DNA of 64,000 bases from Octopus sinensis. Taxonomy: Eukaryota. Shown piece by piece: positions 27,184 to 39,304 of this stretch (positions within the stretch are counted from its first letter, which is position 1; every line of letters begins with the position of its first letter). The notes under the pieces were generated by a model. The model had not been told where the DNA came from and did no database searches. It saw nothing but the letters and a program-made list of their open reading frames with translations. The stretch lies in the NCBI RefSeq assembly GCF_006345805.1, contig NC_042997.1, positions 20,584,001-20,648,000 of the forward strand, read 5' to 3'. The translations under genes and the position numbers were made by a program.

Positions 27184-27573
27184 ACTAGTGGTATCGCCCG
27201 GCGTTGCTCGGGTATGTTTCAACCCTTTAGAATTGGAATTTTTGGAAAGTAAAAATTTTGCATTATGTAGCTTGTCATTCTCTGTAAGTGAACATTTTCC
27301 TGGCTGAAATACACCGAAAAATGGTGACATAACAATAAAAAAAACCATAAAAAATAGGGATTTTCATAGAAAAAAAGCACCTTTTTGATGTAAATAATTT
27401 TTGGTCTTAAGATGGTCCGATTTGAATTTTATCTTCTACAGAATGAAGAGCAAACCTTCTATCATACTCTCAATTTTAGTCAACTTGCACCACAGGGTCT
27501 TGGAGGAGATAGTGTTAGTTGAAGGCTATGAAACCTGCCATACACAGACAATTTCAGCTTCATATATATAGAT
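27184..27573 (+). mobile_element. Non-autonomous Helitron/Helentron-like element (Lep1/DINE-1-type ends)
   Basis: 5' ACTAGTGGTATCGCCCGGCGTTGCTCGGG hairpin, 3' TTCAGCTTCATATATATAGAT; no TIR or TSD; reverse copy at 34589-34983. Confidence 0.65.
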
Positions 27574-27774
27574 TATCTTCAATTCAAATTCTTAGCACAG
27601 AACTGGATAAGTTTATCCTGAAATTTTGAGTAAAGCTTTTCATGGGATATAGGAAATATGTGAATTGCTTCTGATAGCATTGAAAATTCTCAGTGCTTTG
27701 CTTAAACATCAGCATTCTTGTCTCCTCATAATGTACAAATATATTCAAATTTGCCATGGCATACATAGTGAGTG

Positions 27775-28030
27775 TATTGTTATTTCTTTACTGCCCACAA
27801 GGAGCTACACACAGAAGGAACAAACAAGGACAGGCAAACAGATTAAGTCGATTATATCGACCCCAGTGCATAACTGGTACTTATTTAATCGACCCCAAAA
27901 GGATGAAAGGCAAAGTTGACCTCGGCGGAATTTGAACTCAGAACGTAATGGTAGAGGAAATACCGCTAAGCATTTCGCTCGGTGTGCTAACGTTTCTGCC
28001 AGCTCACCGCCTTTACCAGCTCACCACCTT
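27775..28030 (-). mobile_element. SINE family B
   Basis: Near-consensus reverse copy. Confidence 0.85.
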
Positions 28031-29921
28031 ATAGTGAGTGTATTGTGTGGTGTTACCCTTGTCAGTGGATGGCAGAATTCATGGGACATCACTTAGTTAC
28101 TTATCCTTATGTTAAAGAATTCTGAATCTGCCAGGATTGATTCGATCTGATTTTACTTTTCATTCCCTCAATATTTATATCTTATTGACCTCAAAAGGAT
28201 GACTGACAAACTACCAACGATACAAAGGGAAGAGATTCACTCAATTATGTACTTCTATAAATTTGTAACCTTGCTTTAAAATAAGAAACCAATCGATTAT
28301 TTAATTTGCTAGCTAGAAATAGCCAAATCTCCCTCAAATCACACCCCAACTATCTTCAAAAACAAAAACAAAGTTATGCTACTTAATATAGCTACAGACA
28401 CACAAAATGATGAGAGGGTCATGGGTTGAATGCATTTGATCATAGGTCTCAATCAAGGTTAATCTGCAGTTAAACAACAACAAGGAATAACTGAAATAAT
28501 AATGGTAACCCAAATTATAAAGAATGATAAGATCATTTTGTAAGTGTTCCTCGACAGGTGAATGATTAAGTTTGATATACTGAAATATATCAAACTAACC
28601 TGAAGCAATGTCTGAGATAATGAGAACAAAATATGGGTTGTAAGTAATTAGATAATATATTAAATTAGCAACTTGCTAATCTTGTTATCTAAGGATGGTA
28701 GGTATATTTGATTATCTTTGATTTATTTTTAAGAATGTTATAATATTGGTTTCAAGTTTTGGCACAAGACCAGCAATTTTAGGAAAGGGATGGATTTTGT
28801 GGTTTTTGTCAGTTTACAATTATCTTTAAAAGAATTTTTTAATGTATCATACAGATGTAATTTATGATGCTGAATCCAAATTTGTTATTCATTTATTCCA
28901 GAAAAATTTTGGTAAAATGTTATAGGCGTTCAAAGTTTGATAGTTTTTAGAATTTTCAGCCAATCAAAAGACAGTATGTTTGCTGCCTCCTCTATCATCA
29001 GGAAGTGTGTGTGTGTATGGGGGGGGGGCACGGGCATGTCAAAACATTACTTGAAATAACAATCAAAACATTAAAATATACACAAATGAAGTTAACATTA
29101 AAACATTCATGAGCAAATTAAATATTTAAAAGCTATGAACAAACAAACCAATAGGAGTTACTAGAAATAACAGTCAAGACATTGTTTAAAACAGGCATTT
29201 ATTAGTTTAAAATATTCAAGAATGAAAGTTTGCAATACACTCTAGGATTTTATGCAATAAACTAGCTGACCCTGTGCCATCAAAAATGACAGCTAATTGT
29301 AATATTTTATATATAGATATGGATGGTAAATCAAATTAATAGACTTGTCAGTGTTCACATACATTCACATACTTCCCTTGTACACACACACATACACATA
29401 TAATCATACAGAGTTGAAACGCTGTTTGATCTTTCTTTTCAGCATTGAATGTTCACCATCTCATTAGTTTGCCATCACCCATTCCTTCTTTATTCATCTA
29501 TTATCCCTTCCTTTCTCATTCATGTGTTGTGATGGAGAAAAACATAAGAGTATTATAACAGAAGAAGATTATCTTTCTCGTATCACTTCCTCCTCCTTGT
29601 GCGCATCCACAGTGTCTTTGATTACTATGGAAATATAGTTTTTCACCACAGTGATGTGTAAAATACTCACTTCAGATTGGCTAAAATATCCAAATTTTGA
29701 AAATTTTAAAGGCTAATAACTTCTTAATTATAGATTTATAGGGAAAATGAATTTCATTTTCATAATTAGTATACAAAACTTAATCCATATACCAAATTTG
29801 AAAACAATTGGAACAGAATTGTAAACAGTGATGAAAACCACGAAGATCCAAAGGGATGAGTCAGTTACATTGAAAGGATGAAATGCAAAGTTGACCTCTG
29901 CAGAATTTGAACTTAGAACAA

Positions 29922-30313
29922 GCTCCATGCCGATGGCACGTAAAAAGCACCATTCGAGATCATTACCTGCGTCGCCTTACTGGCACTTGTGCTGGTGGCA
30001 CATGAAAAAGCATTCAAGTGAGGTTGTTGCCAGTGCCACTGGACTGGCTCCTGTGCAGGTGGCACATAAAAAGCACCATTTGAGCATGGCCGCTGCCAAT
30101 ACCACCTGACTGGCCCTCGTGCTGGTGGCATGTAAAAGCACCCACTACACTCTGGAGTGTTTGACATTAGGAAGGGCATCCAGCAGTAAAAACTCTGCCA
30201 TATGAGATTGGAGTCTGGTGCAGCCATCTGGTTTGCCAGACCTCAGTCAAATCGTCCAACCCATACTAGCATGGAAAGCAGACATTAAACGATGATGATG
30301 ATGATGATGATGA
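29922..30313 (+). mobile_element. Family C element, (GAT)n tail
   Basis: Ends AGCATGGAAAGCAGACATTAAACGATGATGATG. Confidence 0.8.
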
Positions 30314-30439
30314 ACATAAAAACAAATAAAATGCTGCTAAGCATTTTACTAGGTGTGCTAAGAATCCTGCCAACTTGTCACCTTAAGTAATGCTATAATA
30401 CCGAACACATTTTACTTGCTTTAGTAACAGGACTATGAC

Positions 30440-30890
30440 CATTCTGGGGCATCACCTTGAAGAATTTTAGATCAATAAATCAATACTAGTAATTATTTTA
30501 AAGTCTATTTTTTATCAGTCTCTTTGCCAAAGGGCGATATAAACAAACCAACACTGTTTGTCAAGCAGTGGTTAGGGGGTCAAACAAAGATACACATGCT
30601 CCCACACAGTTTACATCTACAGTTTCCAATTTACTCACAAAGCATTGGTTGGTTCAGGCCGATAGTGGAAGACAATTGCCCAAGGTGCTGCACGGCAGTA
30701 CTGAACCAAAATAAAATAAAAAGGGAAAGAGGATTATCATACTCTTACTCCTTTTTTTTTTTTACTCTTTTACTTGTTTCAGTCATTTGACTGCGGCCAT
30801 GCTGGAGCACCGCCTTTAGTTGAGCAAATTGACTCCAGGACTTGTTCTTTGTAAGTCTAGTACTTATTCTATCAGTTTCTATTGTTAGGA
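30440..30890 (-). mobile_element. Cluster of SINE family A fragments
   Basis: TACTCTTTTACTTGTTTCAGTCATTTGACTGCGGCCATGCTGGAGCACCGCC tail and a head fragment. Confidence 0.7.
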
Positions 30891-30952
30891 TCAGCAAAAA
30901 AGTATTCAATCCAACAAGAGATAAATATTCTTTAACGAAGATATGTGTGTGC

Positions 30953-30993
<41 letters not shown>

Positions 30994-31544
30994 TGTATGT
31001 ATGTGTGTGTGTATATATTATATATATGTATGTATGTTATACATACACACACACATGCATACATATCTATCTATGTATATATGTCTGTAAGCACGTGTCT
31101 GTTATGATGTTCTTGCTGGCACATTTGTGAAAGTATGAATTATTTTCAATTGTCTCCTTTGAATGGAAGAAAATTATTCTTCCTTGTTCATAAAATAAGG
31201 AACAAAATTCTATCCATTTAAGTGTTTAGGAACAAAAAATGTACTGGGTAGTGATTTTAAGTAAAAGGAATCATGTTTAGCAATGCATTAGTTCATAAAA
31301 TGTTTTGCAGCAGAATGTAATTTTTCACAAAATTTAAGGTACACACAAAGAGATTAAAAGAGTCTGAACTTAAATATAATATTGATTGTACATTTGTTAA
31401 ATCTATACCAGAAGCAATAATGCTATATTACTTTCACTGCAAAGTAAGTCTTCATGAAAGAAAAACTAACATGTCTCAGTGCTAACTGAAGCATTGTTAA
31501 TCACATAATATTGTAAAGGTACTTGTGGGAGCTTGATTAAATGT

Positions 31545-31790
31545 ATACTCTTTTACTCTTTTACTTGTTTCAGTCATTTGACTGTGGCCATGCTGGAGCA
31601 CCACCTCTAGTCGAGCAAATCGACCCTAGGACTTATTCTTCTTTGTAAGCCTAGTACTTATTCTATCGGTCTTTTTCGCCGAACCGCTAAGTTAAGCGGA
31701 CGTAAACACACCAGCATCGGTTGTCAAGCGATGTTGGGGGGACAAACACAGGCACACAAACATACACACACACACACATACATATTTATA
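31545..31790 (-). mobile_element. SINE family A, 3' half
   Basis: Reverse tail and body up to the (CA)n tract. Confidence 0.8.
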
Positions 31791-31804
31791 TATATATATA
31801 TATG

Positions 31805-31924
31805 GTTCCGGGTTCAGCCCCACTGTGTGGCCCCTTGGACAAGTGTCTTCTACTGTAGCCTCGAGCCGACCAAAGCCTTGTGACTGGATTTGGTAGATGG
31901 AAACTGAAAGAAGCGCATCATATA

Positions 31925-31987
<63 letters not shown>

Positions 31988-32164
31988 TTCTAGTTTCAGC
32001 TCAGAGCTGCGGCCATGCTGATGCACCGCCGTTAACTAAGGGAATGCTTACAGCATTTAGGTTTCCCAAGCGGTCACCTATCTAAGTACTAACTAGGCTC
32101 GATGTTGCTTAACTTCAGTGATCGGACGAGAACTGGTGTTTTCAACGTAATATGGCCGTAAGCC

Positions 32165-32196
<32 letters not shown>

Positions 32197-32415
32197 ATAC
32201 GTCTGTGTGTCTGTGTTTGTCCCAACCCCCAACATTGCTTGATAACTGATGCTAGTGTGTTTACGTCCCTGTAACATAGCAATTTGGTAAAAGAGACCGA
32301 TAGAATAAGTACTAGGTTTACAAAGAATAAGTCATGGGGTCGATTTGCTTGACTAGAGGCAGTGCTCCAGCATGGCCACAGTCAAATGACTGAAACAAGT
32401 AAAAGAGTAAAAGAG
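31805..32415 (+). mobile_element. SINE family A split by the 5S-headed insertion in its (AT)n tract
   Basis: Head half 31805-31920 and tail half 32164-32415 are collinear with the intact copy 44835-45238. Confidence 0.75.
32046..32163 (-). pseudogene. 5S: Full-length 5S rRNA pseudogene (118 nt)
   Basis: Reverse complement GCTTACGGCCATATTACGTTGAAAACACCAGTTCTCGTCCGATCACTGAAGTTAAGCAACATCGAGCCTAGTTAGTACTTAGATAGGTGACCGCTTGGGAAACCTAAATGCTGTAAGC matches the metazoan 5S pattern with scattered substitutions; no oligo-T terminator. Confidence 0.9.
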
Positions 32416-32579
32416 TGTACCATAGATGAGTAAACAAAGCATCACACATATTGTACGGAAAACGAAACTTGGGAGGCATGTGTGTGGTGTTGCTTTGCAT
32501 CTGTAATAAAATAAATATACACAAATTGTAAAAATAATAATGAAAAAATATACAGTACATGTACAAAAATTATACATAG

Positions 32580-32940
32580 TTCCGGGTTCAGTCCCACTGC
32601 GTGGCACCTTGGGCAGGTGTCTTCTAGTATAGCCTCAGGCCGACCAAAGCCTTGTGTGTGGATTTGGTAGACGGAAACTGAAGGAAGCCCATCGTATATA
32701 TATATATATATACATATGTGTGTGTGTGTGTTTGTTTGTCTGTGTTTGTCCCTCCAACATCGCTTGACAAACGATGCTGGTGTGTTTACGTCCCTGTAAC
32801 TTAGCAGTTTGGCAAAAGTGACCGATAGAATAAGTACTAGACTTACAAAGAATAAGTCCCGGGGTTGATTTGCTCGACTAAAAGTGGTGCTCCAGCATGG
32901 CCACAGTCAAATGACTGAAACAAGTAAAAGAGTAAAAGAG
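32580..32940 (+). mobile_element. SINE family A
   Basis: GTTCCGGGTTCAGTCCCACTGCGTGGCACCTTGGGC head to AAAAGAGTAAAAGAG tail. Confidence 0.85.
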
Positions 32941-32964
32941 TATTAGCTATGCTTACACATCGTG

Positions 32965-33285
32965 AAGGCACATGGCTTAGTGGTTGGGGTATTCAGCTTG
33001 TGATCAAGGTTGTGAGTTCAATTCCTGGCAGCACATTGTGTTCTTGAGCAAGACACTTTATTTCATGGTGCTCCAGTCCATTCAGATGGCAAAAATGAGC
33101 TGTACCTGTATTTCAAGGTGCCAGCTTTGTCACACTCTGTGTCACACTGAATCTCCCTGAGAAGTATGCAAAGAGCACTGTGGAGTGCTCTGCCACTTGC
33201 ATGTTAATCTCATGAGCAAGCTGTTCAGTTGATTAGATCAACTGGAACCCTTGTCGTTGTAAGCAATGGAGTGCCAGTCCAGTCA
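32965..33285 (+). mobile_element. tRNA-headed SINE (family D/E-like)
   Basis: TGGCTTAGTGG A box, GTTCAATTCC B box, family E tail GGAACCCTTGTCGTTGTAAGC. Confidence 0.75.
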
Positions 33286-34118
33286 TGCCTACATATACTG
33301 AAATATTTGATTTTAATACTGCAGTGTATGTCAAGTAATTTCATCTTACAATAGCGTATTATCTTTGGCTATTGTTCAGAAATTCCTTCACTGAGAATTT
33401 AAACTTACTTATCTGCCTAAATCCTCTTCTTCCACATCATCATAATAAGAGGAATAATAATAGTAATAAATCTCATTGCTTTCGTGTTCATCTACCTATT
33501 GAAGTCATGAGTTGGTTGGATTTACATGATCCCAATCTATTAATGTCTAAATAATGTCACTTATTTATCTAACTTATTAGTGTCAGTTTATCTATCAGTG
33601 TTATTAGTGTCATTTCTAAATTGCAGAAGAATATTATTAAGTCAGTCCTAATTGCTTCTTAAGTCTTCTTAAGACTGTTGCTGATATAAAACTCTTCTAG
33701 TAATTTATATCACCTTATCTTACACTATGTACCATCAATTTATAACATTTTCCCATTTGAGCAAATTAGTGAGTCACTGCATGGACTGTGAACTTGCTAC
33801 AAATAGCAGCCAAATCATCCTCACTCAAATCATACATGATTGTATAACATATAACAAGTTAGGTGGCATGCAGGCAGAAACATTGTCTCATAGGACAAAA
33901 TGTTTAACGACATTTTTTTTGACACATTATGTTAAGAGATCAAATTATGCAGGGTTGAATTTTGCCTTTCATCCATTAAGGGTTGACAAAATAAGTACTA
34001 GTAAAATATTGGGGTTGACAGGATCCATTTACTCCTTCCTCTAATTTATTGCCTGTGTGCTAGAATTTGATAGCAACAAAAACAAAAATGTGGTGAGTTA
34101 GAAGAATCATTAAAGCCT

Positions 34119-34570
34119 TTGAATGGATTTGGTAGATGGAAACTGAAAGAAGCCTGTTGTATGCATGTATGTATGTGTGTATGTATGTATATGTATGTCT
34201 GTGTTTGTACCTCCACCATCACTTGACAACCGATGTCAGTGTTTTATGTCCCATAACTCAGCGGTTCGGCAAAAGGAACTGATAGAATAAGTACTAGGCT
34301 AACAAAGAATAAGTCCTGAGGTCAATTTGTTCGACTAAAGGTGGTGCTCCAGCATGGCTGCAGTCAAATAACTGAAACAAGTAAACGAATAAAAGAATAC
34401 CAATCAAAAGTGCTCAGAGGAATTTCTTTCCCCCTCACATTCTGAGTTCACATTCTGCTAAAGTTGATTTTGCCTTTCATTCTTTTGGAATCAATAAAAT
34501 AAGTACCCATTCAGCACTGGGTTGATGTATTTGACAAGTCTACCCCTCAAAATTTCAGGCCTTGTAGCTA
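34119..34570 (+). mobile_element. SINE family A (5'-truncated) followed by SINE family B
   Basis: Body and tail motifs of both families. Confidence 0.7.
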
Positions 34571-34588
34571 TTGTAGCAAGAATATAAT

Positions 34589-34983
34589 CTCTATATATAT
34601 AAAGCTGAAGTTGTCTGCGTATGGCAGGTTTGGTAGCCATCAACTAACACTATCTCCTCCGAGACCCTGTGTTGCAAGTTGACCAAAATTGAGAGTATGA
34701 TAGAAGAAGGCTTACTCTTCATTCCATAGAAGATAAAATTCAAATCGAACCATGTTAACAACAAAAATTATTTACATCAAAAGGGTGCTTTATTTTCTAT
34801 GAAAATCCCTATTTTTTACGATTTTTTGACTGCTGCTGTGTTGCCATTTTTCAGTGTATTTAAACCAGAAAAATGTTCACTTAAAGAGAATAACAAGCTA
34901 CATAATGAAAATTTTTACTTTTAAAAATTCCAATTCTAAAGGGTTGAAACAAGCCCAAACAACGCCGGGCGATACTGCTAGTA
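34589..34983 (-). mobile_element. Second copy of the Helitron-like element
   Basis: Reverse complement of 27184-27573 over its full length. Confidence 0.65.
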
Positions 34984-35697
34984 TATTTATAAGTTATATT
35001 GGCTAATGTATAATCCCTAACACTGGGTCATCGTGGCTAAAACAGCCTTCATCATAAGTTTGCCCTTTCAGGTCTCCTTGCAGTTAAATAATTATAACAA
35101 CCTCTATGAAATGCCTACATAGCATTCATGAACATATCCACACCCTGTTGCTTACTAAACTCAGTTTGTATTATGTTTATTTCTCAAAAAAAACTCGTCA
35201 ATTTTAATGGACAAATATATTGAAAACACACACTTTAAGAAATAAATGGCCATAAAAACTGATTACAGTCAGTAAAATATGAATATTCTTCTACAGCTGA
35301 ACCTCCCTGGGCTACACCATGCACTAAAATTTACTCAGTAAAGCTCTTATAGACAAAAACTGTTTTTATATAAGAACATTACAGTAATATGTGACCTATT
35401 CTGTTTTTTGTTTTTTTGCCATGAGTATAAAACTCACCTTGTGAAAACATACACTAATACTACTACAGTAAAAATGCTATATAAAAACAATTGTTATGTA
35501 AAAAAAATTTGTATTTCTAATTTCATATATATAAATATAAGATTAAAATGTTTACCTCCTATGTTAAAAAATGAAACTTGTTTTAGTCAAACAACTATAT
35601 TTATGTAAAAAATTTAATGCATTTTCAACCCTATCTTCTTTTTTTTTACACACACATATACCTGAACAATATTGTATGACATATTATATATATATAT

Positions 35698-36700
35698 CAT
35701 CATCATCATCATCATCATCGTTTAACGTATGTTTTCCATGCTAGCACAGGTTAGATGGTTTGACTGGGGTCTGGGAAGCCAGGAGGCAACACCAGGCTCC
35801 AGTCTGATCTGGCAGTGTTTCTACAGCTGGATGCCCTTGCTAACACCAACCACTCTGTGAGTGTAGTGGGTGCTTTTTACGTGCCACCGGCACAGATATC
35901 ACAACTACAATTTCAACTTGATATTTATTTTGATGTTAATGTACTAGACTCAATAGGTTTCCTCAAGCACAGCAGGTCACCCTACGATCCAAGGTAAGCA
36001 CAGCAGATCGTGCTGCAATCCAAGGTACTTTGGATGGGCTGGGGCTGCTATGCGAAACTGGTACAGGAAACAGCCATGAACTCACATTATTTGTCAGGTC
36101 TTCACAGTCACAACATATCTCCAGAGATCTCAGGCTTTCGTCATTGTCTCCCAGCGTTCGAAGGTCATGCTTGACCACCTCATCCCATGTCTTCCTGGGT
36201 CTACCTCTCCCCCCGGATTCCTTCAACTGTTTGGGAGTGGCACTTCTTCACACATCTCTCATTATCCATCCGTAGTACATGACCATACCAGCACAAACGT
36301 CTCCCTTGCACACCACATCCGATGCTTCTTATGTCCAGCTTTTCTCTCAGGGTGCTTACACTCTGTTGTGCGTGCACACTGACATTACACTTCCAGCGGA
36401 TCATGCTAGCTTCATTTCTTTCAAGCCTACCCATATCCTCTGCAGTCACAGCCCATGTTTCACTACCGTTAGGCATGGCAGTTCACGCACATGCATTGTA
36501 CAATCTACCTTTCACTCTGAGCGAGAGACCCTTTGTCACCAGTAGGGGAAGAAGCTTTCTAAACATTGCCCAGGCTATTCTTATTCTAGTGGTAACACTC
36601 TCTGAGCATCCACCCTTACTACTAACTTGGTCACCTAGGTAGTGGAAATTATCAACTACTTCTAGTTTCTCCCCCTGGAGTGTGATGGAATCTGTTATCT
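35698..36700 (-). mobile_element. RTE-clade LINE, 5'-truncated
   Basis: GEKLEVVDNFHYLGDQVSS..RIRIAW..FRKLLPLL; NGSETWAV..LERNEASMIRW; WYGHVLRMD..GRGRPRKTWDEVVKHDL; 3'UTR ends in (GAT)n. Confidence 0.9.
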
Positions 36701-36733
36701 GAGTATCTGTGGTGTCTATTGAATATATATATA

Positions 36734-36767
<34 letters not shown>

Positions 36768-36789
36768 TTGTGTGTGTGTTTGTGTGTGA

Positions 36790-37140
36790 AAGCACATGGC
36801 TCATTGGTTAGAGTGTCGGGCTCAAAATCATAAGGTAGTGAGTTCAATTCCCAGACTGGGTTGTGTTGTGCATTGCATTCTTGAGCAAGACACTTTATTT
36901 TATATTACTCCAGTTCACTCAGCTGTAGTAATGAGTTGTGTGTCACTGGTACCAAGCTGCATCAGCCTTTGCTTTTCCCTTGGATAACATTAGTGGTATG
37001 AAGAGGGGAAGCTGGTAAGCATTGTTTGAGTAAAGCATAGGCAACTGCTGATCTTTCATAAACAACGTTGCCTGGATTTGTAACTGAGAGGGGAACTTTC
37101 TAAGAGCAATTCCATGGTCATTCATAACAAAAGGGGTCAC
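36790..37140 (+). mobile_element. tRNA-headed SINE family D
   Basis: Homologous to 20288-20622. Confidence 0.8.
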
Positions 37141-37158
37141 ACACATACACATACACAT

Positions 37159-37399
37159 CCCACATGCAAGGAGGATTACATAGGTGAAACTGGTAATTCT
37201 TTGTGCCAGCGAGCCAGGATTCACCGACATGTTCGGCAGGAAGAACTACACCTAGGCAGGAAGTACACACCTAGCTATGTGTGGAGAAGGAAAGTTTAAG
37301 ATCTTTCCCTTCTACAAATGTCCGAAGAACGATACCTCTTTCAGGAGGAATATGGAAAAATATTTCATAGCTAAGTTCTCCCCCAAATTAAATAGCTGA
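37159..37399 (+). pseudogene. Penelope-like GIY-YIG endonuclease C-terminal relic
   Basis: PTCKEDYIGETGNSLCQRARIHRH, then +1 frameshift CGEGKFKIFPFYK...RRNMEKYFIAKFSPKLNS* (stop 37397-37399). Confidence 0.85.
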
Positions 37400-37414
37400 A
37401 ATTTTACTCATCAT

Positions 37415-37682
37415 ACATTGAAGGACAAATCTTTCGATTTACAATTTAATATACTAGAACATTTAGTATATGTGTGTATATAAATATATATATATGTGTG
37501 TGTGTATATATATATTACCTGTTATATACATTATATTATTTTTGTAAATTACTTAATCTTTACTTTTTAATTGTCATTTTAATTTTAACTTTCCTATGAT
37601 ATGCAATTTTCAAGATGGTGTAATTTGATTGTTCATTTTGAATCGATAAAAGGTGTTTTTTTCTAATATTTCATGTATAAGC

Positions 37683-37733
<51 letters not shown>

Positions 37734-38626
37734 GTGACATTGAAGGACACATCTTTCGATTTACAATTTAATATAGTAGAACATTTAGTATATCATCATC
37801 ATCATCATCATCATCATTTAGCGTCCGTTTTCCATGCTAGCATGGGTTGGACGGTTCAACTGGGGTCTGGGGAGCCCGAAGGCTGCACCAGGCCAGTCAG
37901 ATCTGGCAGTGTTTCTACAGCTGGATGCCCTTCCTAACGCCAACCACTCCGAGAGTGTAGTGGGTGATTTTATGTGCCACCGACACAGGTGCCAGACGAG
38001 GCTGGCAGACGGCCACGCTCGGATGGTGTTTTTATGTGCCACCGACACAGGTGCCAGATGAGGCTGGCGGACGGCCACGATCGGATGGTGTTTGTTACGT
38101 CCCCAAAGCACGGAGGCCAGTCTATGCGGTACTGGCTACGGCCACGTTCGGATGATTTTCTTGTGTGCCACCGGCACTGGTACCAGAAAGATACAAATTC
38201 CATTGATGTTCATCTATTTTGATTTGTTTTGATTTGATTTTCACTTGCCTCAACAGGTCTTCACAAGTGTCACAAGAAGGAAGGTATGCACAGGTGGACT
38301 GACTACGTCCCAGGTAGGGGCCACGGGTTATGGCCTGACTAGTCTTGCCGGGTCTTCGGTTGGTGTTTTTATGTGCCACCGACACAGGTGCCAGATGAGG
38401 CTGGCGAACGGCCGTGTATATATATATATATATGTGTGTATATATATATATTGCCTGTTATATACATTACATTATTTTTGTAATTTACTTAATCTTTACT
38501 TTTTAATTGTCATTTTAATTTTAACTTTCCTATGATATGCAATTTTCAAGATGGTGTAATTTAATTGTTCATTTTAAATCGATGAAAGGTGTTTTTTTTC
38601 TAATATTTCATGTATAAGCATGTATA
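37415..38626 (+). mobile_element. Tandem about 320-bp 3' terminal repeats (pLTR-like) of the Penelope element; copy 2 interrupted by a family C element
   Basis: ACATTGAAGGAC.ATCTTTCGATTTAC at 37415 and 37737; CCTGTTATATAC...CATGTATAAGCATGTATA block at about 37518-37690 and 38454-38626. Confidence 0.75.
37793..38412 (-). mobile_element. Family C element with about 58-bp internal tandem repeats
   Basis: (CAT)n tail; repeated TTTTATGTGCCACCGACACAGGTGCCAGA(C/T)GAGGCTGGC. Confidence 0.85.
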
Positions 38627-38786
38627 TATAACATAAGGGGGATCAGCCATCTGAATGTGGCTAGGGACAGGGCGGGGTGGTGGGTGTGTTACTGATGCAT
38701 TTAGCCCCAGGCGATCATCAACGTCACCAGAAGGGCTGACACCATCTCGGTGTCCTTGCCAGCCTGCAAAGGGAGATCAGCCTCCC

Positions 38787-38863
38787 CGAAGATACGGATA
38801 CTACATACGGACCGGTTTCGAGGTTATTGCCTCTTGTCAACGCATGGCAAGTACCGTTCTTCG
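38787..38863 (-). ncRNA. Type I hammerhead ribozyme (core 38804-38846; predicted cleavage between 38810 and 38809)
   Basis: Reverse-complement copy of the plus-strand motif with all core and stem residues identical. Confidence 0.85.
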
Positions 38864-39304
38864 TTGAGGGACTTCCTCTACAGGCTGGATATATAGGGAT
38901 TTTCACAGTAACCACAGTCACTGGCGTAGAAAATCCGTTCGAAAACAATAATAAATCTCTGAGCGAGATATAGACAGTAACTGCTCTATAACATAAGGGG
39001 TATGTAGTATCCATATCTTCGGGGAGGCTGATCTCCCTTTGCAGGCTGGCAAGGACACCGAGATGGTGTCAGCCCTTCTGGTGACGTTGATGATCGCCTG
39101 GGGCTAAATGCATCAGTAACACACCCACCACCCCGCCCTGTCCCTAGCCACATTCAGATGGCTGATCCCCCTTATGTTATAGAGCAGTTACTGTCTATAT
39201 CTCGCTCAGAGATTTATTATTGTTTTCGAACGGATTTTCTACCCCAGTGACTGTGGTTACTGTGAAAATCCCTATATATCCAGCCTGTAGAGGAAGTCCC
39301 TCAA

